A stretch of 64,000 nt of DNA from an uncultured Acidobacteriota bacterium (GTDB lineage Bacteria > Actinomycetota > Acidimicrobiia > Spongiisociales > ZC4RG35), in contig CAWHEU010000022.1 of assembly GCA_963828465.1 (NCBI GenBank), forward strand, positions 384,001-448,000, in the 5' to 3' direction. The notes beneath the pieces were generated by a model. The model worked only from the letters and a program-made list of their open reading frames with translations, searched no databases and had not been told where the DNA came from. Positions 59,404 to 64,000 of this stretch are shown here, in pieces. The position numbers and the translations under genes are program-made. Each line of letters begins with the position of its first letter. The stretch's first letter is position 1.

Positions 59404-60406
59404 CTTTGTGCAGGCCCCGGGGTTGCTCGGGGTCGAGATCCTTTGCCAGCGTGAGGTGGTAGGCGAACAGCTGGCCCAATACGACTGCGGGGATCGGGGA
59501 CAGCCATTCTTCGATCCCGGTTTCGAGCTCGAGGGCACCGGGTGCAATCTCTGCCAATCTGGTGTCGTTCCCGATCGCGACCAATGACGCTCCGGCCTTC
59601 TTGCATCGCCGCAGAACGTCGATCACATCGTCGATCGCCGGGCCACTAGCCGCGACGGCGAGCACCGGATAACCGGGCTCGAGGACAGCGATCGGACCAT
59701 GGAGGAAATCGGCGGTAGAGAAGGGCTGGGCCACTACCTGGGTGAGCTCCTGGAGTTTGAGCGCCCACTCGAAAGCGGTGGCTTGGTTGAAGCCGCGGCC
59801 CAGCACGGCGCAATACTCCATCCCGGCGTGCGCCGTCGCTGTCTCCGCTGTCCGACTCTCCTGGCGCAGGGCGTGTTCGACCAGGGAAGGAAGCCCTTCG
59901 AGAGTCCCGCTCGCCCCGGACATGGCTTCCGATATCAATGCCACCACCGTCAGCTGGGCGGTGTAGGTCTTCGTGGCGGCCACCGCCCGTTCCTCGCCCG
60001 CATCGAGGTCGATGACGACATCGGCCGTCTCGGCAAGGGGGGAGTCGGGCTCGTTGGTGATGGCGACGGTGGGCCGACCCTGCACGCGGCCCTCCTCGAG
60101 GACCGAGACGATGTCGGGCGACTCACCGCTCTGCGAGATTCCGACCACTAACGCCCCTTCGAGGCGAGGAGGGCGGTCGTAGACCGAGAAGAGGGAGGGT
60201 GTCGTGAGGCCCACCGACAGCCCGTTGCGTGTGCCCCAAACGTATTGGGCATACCGACCGGCGTTGTCTGAGGTCCCACGTGCTGCGATCACGGCGTGGG
60301 TACAGCCCGAAGCGAGCCCGGCCACCCGCTGGGCCGGCTGGGCGTTGACCGTGGTGGTCCGGGCAATGACCTCCGGCTGCTCCCGGATCTCCTCGAGAAG
60401 TCCCAT
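59387..60406 (-). CDS. Double-SIS-domain sugar-phosphate isomerase/deaminase (GlmS C-terminal-like, probably GlcN-6-P deaminase)
   Basis: EIREQP, ARGTS, ISQSGES, AATKTY, LKLQE, PRGLHKVTRT; no glutaminase domain. Confidence 0.88.
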   Translation of the reverse strand: MGLLEEIREQPEVIARTTTVNAQPAQRVAGLASGCTHAVIAARGTSDNAGRYAQYVWGTRNGLSVGLTTPSLFSVYDRPPRLEGALVVGISQSGESPDIVSVLEEGRVQGRPTVAITNEPDSPLAETADVVIDLDAGEERAVAATKTYTAQLTVVALISEAMSGASGTLEGLPSLVEHALRQESRTAETATAHAGMEYCAVLGRGFNQATAFEWALKLQELTQVVAQPFSTADFLHGPIAVLEPGYPVLAVAASGPAIDDVIDVLRRCKKAGASLVAIGNDTRLAEIAPGALELETGIEEWLSPIPAVVLGQLFAYHLTLAKDLDPEQPRGLHKVTRTT

Positions 60407-61311
60407 CAGCGCCCACTCTCCTGTCCCAGGAGGCGGGCCGGGTTTGTCGAGGCGCAGGCTCGGGCCTGAGCCTCGGTGGCATTGGTCCAGTCATGGAGAT
60501 TGGCAACAGCCTGGTCCATGGTCAGAGTGCTGCCGGCGAGGATGGCGCGTCCGATCCGAGGGCCCTCAGGACCCACGAACACCTCCCGGTCGCCGAGGAT
60601 GTAGATCCCCTCACCAAGCCCGGTCGCCTGCATCGCGTCGGTCACCAGGATGAACCGCTCCGGCCCTAGGAGTTCCCAGGCGAGCCGAACCGAAGCCGGA
60701 ACGGCGTGGATCCCGTCGACGATCACCCCGCAAGGACGGTCGGAGAGGATCGCAGCGCCGACCAGACCGGGGGAGCGGTGGTGAAACGGGCTCATTTGGT
60801 TGAAGAGATGGGTCACGCTGGACCAGGGACCCTCGAGAGCCGCCGCCGCCGTTTCGAAGTCGGCGCCGCTGTGCCCTGCCGAGACCAGCACGCCGGAATC
60901 GGAGAGAATCGCAGCCGTTTCGAAGGCATGGTCCAATTCCGGGGCGAGCGTCACCATCTTCACCGCACCCGACTCAGCCCATCGTCGGGCCACGCCCGGG
61001 TCGGGAGGTCTGAGGTGATCGGGGTTGTGTGCACCCTTCCACTCCTGGGAGATCCACGGTCCCTCGATGTGAAGTCCCACTGCATCGGCGCCGTCATAGC
61101 CCCGAGGAGGGCCGGCCCGGATGACTTCGATGGCGGCATCGACGAATTCGTACGGCGCGGACACGATGGTGGGGAGGAATGCTCTGACACCCGTCTCGGG
61201 AAGATGACGTCCGACTTCCCAGATACTGGACGGGTCGGCGGTGAAGTCGTGACCCCAGCCACCGTTGATCTGTATGTCGATCAACCCGATGGCGCCGTCA
61301 GGTTCGTTCAT
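60406..61311 (-). CDS. nagA: N-acetylglucosamine-6-phosphate deacetylase (short N-terminus)
   Basis: GLIDIQING, GLHIEGP..KGAH, TLAPE, GHS, THLFNQM, DGIH, VTDAM, LAGS. Confidence 0.9.
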   Translation of the reverse strand: MNEPDGAIGLIDIQINGGWGHDFTADPSSIWEVGRHLPETGVRAFLPTIVSAPYEFVDAAIEVIRAGPPRGYDGADAVGLHIEGPWISQEWKGAHNPDHLRPPDPGVARRWAESGAVKMVTLAPELDHAFETAAILSDSGVLVSAGHSGADFETAAAALEGPWSSVTHLFNQMSPFHHRSPGLVGAAILSDRPCGVIVDGIHAVPASVRLAWELLGPERFILVTDAMQATGLGEGIYILGDREVFVGPEGPRIGRAILAGSTLTMDQAVANLHDWTNATEAQARACASTNPARLLGQESGR

Positions 61312-62879
61312 GTCTCGATCCCGTGCCCACGCGGGTAGAGCCCGGGGATAGCTGCGGGTAGATGGCCCTCGAAGGAAATGTCCCCGAACAGGGCTGACGT
61401 CAGGGCGTCGAGCGATGGCCGGTGTGAGCTGTACGTGCACACATGGGTCTTAGAGCCCGGGTAGGCGGCCAGGTCGAACGGGGTTCGCAAGGCGACGGTG
61501 ATCAGCGGTTTCCCCAATTCGAGCAGGGCTTTGGCCAGATCGACCTGTCCCGGTGTCGCCGTGACGGTCCCGAGGATGATCAAGTCATGGTCCTCCGCCT
61601 TCTCGACTACAGCCGAGATATCGCTTCGCTCCGGACGGTGGGGGTAGACAACCTCAGTCACCTCGGAGTGCCTGGAGCGCAGAGCCGTTGCCAGTCGTGG
61701 GGGATAGAAGGCGGTGGTGTCTGCCGGGGTGACGTTGACCGGCTCCGGTTCCAGAGCGAGGATCCGCAGGCCGGGTTCAGATTGCAGCGGGATCAGGGAA
61801 TCGTCGTTGCGGACGAGAGTGATCGATTCCTCGGCTAGACGTTTGGCGAGACGGAGGTGATCAGGCGAGCCCACTATGTCCGGACGCATCTCAGAGGCGC
61901 GCAGGGAGCTGCGCAGACGCTCTACCCGGGCGATCGCGGACTTCAGCGTGTCGTCGGCGATAAGTCCCCGGGAGTGACCTCTTTCCACCGCCATCCGCAC
62001 TCGCTCCTGCAGCCCAGGGTCGGGCATGCAGAGGAGGAGATCGGTCCCCGCCCGCATCATGGCGATGATCTCGACTACCTGAGCCGGGCCCTGGTCGAGC
62101 GCGCCCATGTCGAGGGCATCTGAGATCACCAGACCGTCGAACCCGAGGTCCGACCTCACGAAGCCATTGATCCCTGCCTCCGAGGCACAGAAAGAGACAT
62201 CGGGGCTGCCGGTGAGGGCAGGTACCACCTGATGGGCCACCATCAACAACTCGGCCCCTGCCGCGATCCCCATCTGGAAGGGACGCAATTCGACCTGCTC
62301 CAGCCGGTCCCGGTCGAGGTCCAACCGGGGGAGCTCATAGTGGGGGTCGACGGCGGCCTCTCCGCTGCCCGGGAAATGCTTGAGGGTGGCGTGCACCCCG
62401 GTGCTGATGAACCCGGTAACCATGGCACCGGTGAGGCGGGCCACCTGCTCGGGTTCGTCGCCGAACGATCGAATCCCGAGTGACGGGTTGTCAGCCCGCG
62501 AGGCGACATCGGCAACAGGCGCGTAGTTGACGTTGATGCCCAACGCGGCCAGCTCACCCCCCATTGCGACGGCCACCTGAGAGGCCAGGTCGACATCGCC
62601 CGTTGCCCCGATCGCCATGTTCCCGGCGAATTCGGTGGACCCGGGGAGCCCGATCAGCTGGCCTCCTTCCTGATCGATTGCGATCAACAGCGGAAGTGGG
62701 GACGAGTTGGCCTCCTGCAGGGCCGACGTGAGCTCGGCCACCTGGCCCGGGGAGGTCATGTTCCATTCCCGGAACAGACTGACGCCGGCAGGGGGAGACT
62801 CTTCGAGGCGCTTCCGCAGCCAGTCGGGGACCTCGGTCCCCTCGAACGCCAGCATCAGATGGGGGTCGGCGGCGCTCAT
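61308..62879 (-). CDS. GH3 beta-N-acetylhexosaminidase (NagZ-like, with C-terminal domain)
   Basis: IDQEGG, APVADV, IRSFG, KHFPGSG..DPH, ISDALDM. Confidence 0.88.
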   Translation of the reverse strand: MSAADPHLMLAFEGTEVPDWLRKRLEESPPAGVSLFREWNMTSPGQVAELTSALQEANSSPLPLLIAIDQEGGQLIGLPGSTEFAGNMAIGATGDVDLASQVAVAMGGELAALGINVNYAPVADVASRADNPSLGIRSFGDEPEQVARLTGAMVTGFISTGVHATLKHFPGSGEAAVDPHYELPRLDLDRDRLEQVELRPFQMGIAAGAELLMVAHQVVPALTGSPDVSFCASEAGINGFVRSDLGFDGLVISDALDMGALDQGPAQVVEIIAMMRAGTDLLLCMPDPGLQERVRMAVERGHSRGLIADDTLKSAIARVERLRSSLRASEMRPDIVGSPDHLRLAKRLAEESITLVRNDDSLIPLQSEPGLRILALEPEPVNVTPADTTAFYPPRLATALRSRHSEVTEVVYPHRPERSDISAVVEKAEDHDLIILGTVTATPGQVDLAKALLELGKPLITVALRTPFDLAAYPGSKTHVCTYSSHRPSLDALTSALFGDISFEGHLPAAIPGLYPRGHGIET

Positions 62880-62897
62880 CTCGACCGGGCCGGGGCC

Positions 62898-63821
62898 TCA
62901 GCCCTTGACAGAGCCGGCGAGGAGGCCGCGAACGAAGAACCGCTGCAGAGTGATGAACACGATCAAGGGAATGACCATGGAGACGAAGGCCCCCGCGGTG
63001 AGCAGATGCCACGCCGCGCCCCGGCTCCCCACCAGTTGGGCCAGACTCACTGTCACTACCGCGACATCAGGGTTGGTGCCGAGGAAGACCAGCGACACCA
63101 GCAAGTCATTCCACACCCAGAGGAACTGGAAGATGGCGAAGGACGCCAGCGCCGGGTAGGAGAGCGGGATCACCAGCTTCGTGAAAGTGGTGAACGGAGT
63201 CGCTCCGTCGATGTAAGCCGACTCGAAGATGTCTTTGGGTAGCTGGGAGATGTAGTTGTAGAGCAGATAGATGGCCAGCGGAAGCCCGAAACCGGCGTGC
63301 GCGAGCCAGACGCCGACGAAGGTCCCGGTTAGGTCGTAGTCGCCGTACAGCCTGAGTAAGGGGACCAGCGACATCTGGAGCGGGATGACCAAGAGTCCCA
63401 CCACAACAGCGAAGAGGAAGCTACGGCCGCGGAACCGGGTCCAGGCAAAGGCGTAGGCAGCGAATGCGGCCAGGGTGATCGGGATCACCGTGGCCGGGAT
63501 GGTGACTATGAGACTGTTGACGAACGCCTCGAACATGTCCTCAGAGGTGAGCACCCTCTGGTAGTTGGCCAGGGTGTACTGGGTGAAGTCGAAGGGGTGC
63601 GTGAACACTGTCCACCAGCCACTGGTGGCCACCTCCGCCTCAGGCCGAAATGAGCTGATGAACACTCCAGCGGTGGGGACGGTCCATGCGATCCCGATGA
63701 TCAGGACCAAGACCTTCGCCAGCCACCCGCTCGACTGCCCGCGTTGTGGGGCGGTCGCAGTAGCCGTTGCGACGGCGTCACCGCTCAGAGGTGGCAAGCC
63801 TTCAACAGTCTCTGCGGTCAT
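62898..63821 (-). CDS. Carbohydrate ABC transporter permease
   Basis: FVNSL, AAYAFAW, ESAYIDGA (EAA loop), FLWVWNDLL, QRFFVRGL. Confidence 0.92.
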   Translation of the reverse strand: MTAETVEGLPPLSGDAVATATATAPQRGQSSGWLAKVLVLIIGIAWTVPTAGVFISSFRPEAEVATSGWWTVFTHPFDFTQYTLANYQRVLTSEDMFEAFVNSLIVTIPATVIPITLAAFAAYAFAWTRFRGRSFLFAVVVGLLVIPLQMSLVPLLRLYGDYDLTGTFVGVWLAHAGFGLPLAIYLLYNYISQLPKDIFESAYIDGATPFTTFTKLVIPLSYPALASFAIFQFLWVWNDLLVSLVFLGTNPDVAVVTVSLAQLVGSRGAAWHLLTAGAFVSMVIPLIVFITLQRFFVRGLLAGSVKG

Positions 63822-64000
63822 GCCCCGATCCCTTGTCTACGGAGATTTCGCACGTTGACCACCATGATCGGGATCACGGCCACCAACAGGATCACGGCGA
63901 GTGCGGTGGCGAAGCCGAAATTCCGGAATCGGAACATCTCGTTGAACATTCGATTGGCGATCACATCGGTCTCGAAGTTCCCGTTGGTGGTCACGTAGAC
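63818..64000 (-). CDS. Carbohydrate ABC permease, C-terminal part (window edge)
   Basis: Reads VYVTTNGNFETDVIANRMFNEMF..FGFATALAVILLVAVIPIM..*; stop overlaps the next start. Confidence 0.8.
   Translation of the reverse strand, partial: VYVTTNGNFETDVIANRMFNEMFRFRNFGFATALAVILLVAVIPIMVVNVRNLRRQGIGA

Overview
High-GC bacterial chromosome segment. Gene content and order suggest Actinomycetota, probably Acidimicrobiia-like (inference). Left to right: the 3' end of an LPXTG sortase-anchored protein; a macro-domain gene; a CPA2 antiporter with two USP domains preceded by a c-di-AMP riboswitch; a dpp/opp ABC operon whose substrate-binding protein is circularly permuted; and the conserved core run leuS-(DUF4157, ppk2)-comEA-comEC-(folP-like)-holA-rpsT-lepA-hemW-hrcA-dnaJ-rsmE-(bldD-like)-phoH-7TM/HD phosphodiesterase-ybeY-CNNM/CBS-era-recO-uppS-glyQS-dnaG-rpoD-tRNA-Asn. 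The tRNA-Asn anchors a tandem island at 37.3-46.0 kb with no integrase. Two further copies of the 46-bp tRNA 3' end, each preceded by the same 133-bp arm region, delimit units whose cargo is three small ECF sigma / single-pass membrane partner pairs, one serine-hydrolase lipoprotein and an IS110 relic. After the island come a duplicated promoter+hairpin unit, an M23 peptidase, a chorismate mutase-prephenate dehydratase-DAHP synthase fusion, ilvBN-leuABCD, and a GlcNAc/hexosaminide utilisation cluster. Three short leader peptides (Phe/Tyr-rich, Leu-rich, Val/Leu/Ile-rich), none called as such in the ORF track, have matching RNA pairings. Five genes, including essential leuS, carry single frameshifts that are most likely sequencing errors. 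All calls come from motif recognition and hand alignment; no searches were run.
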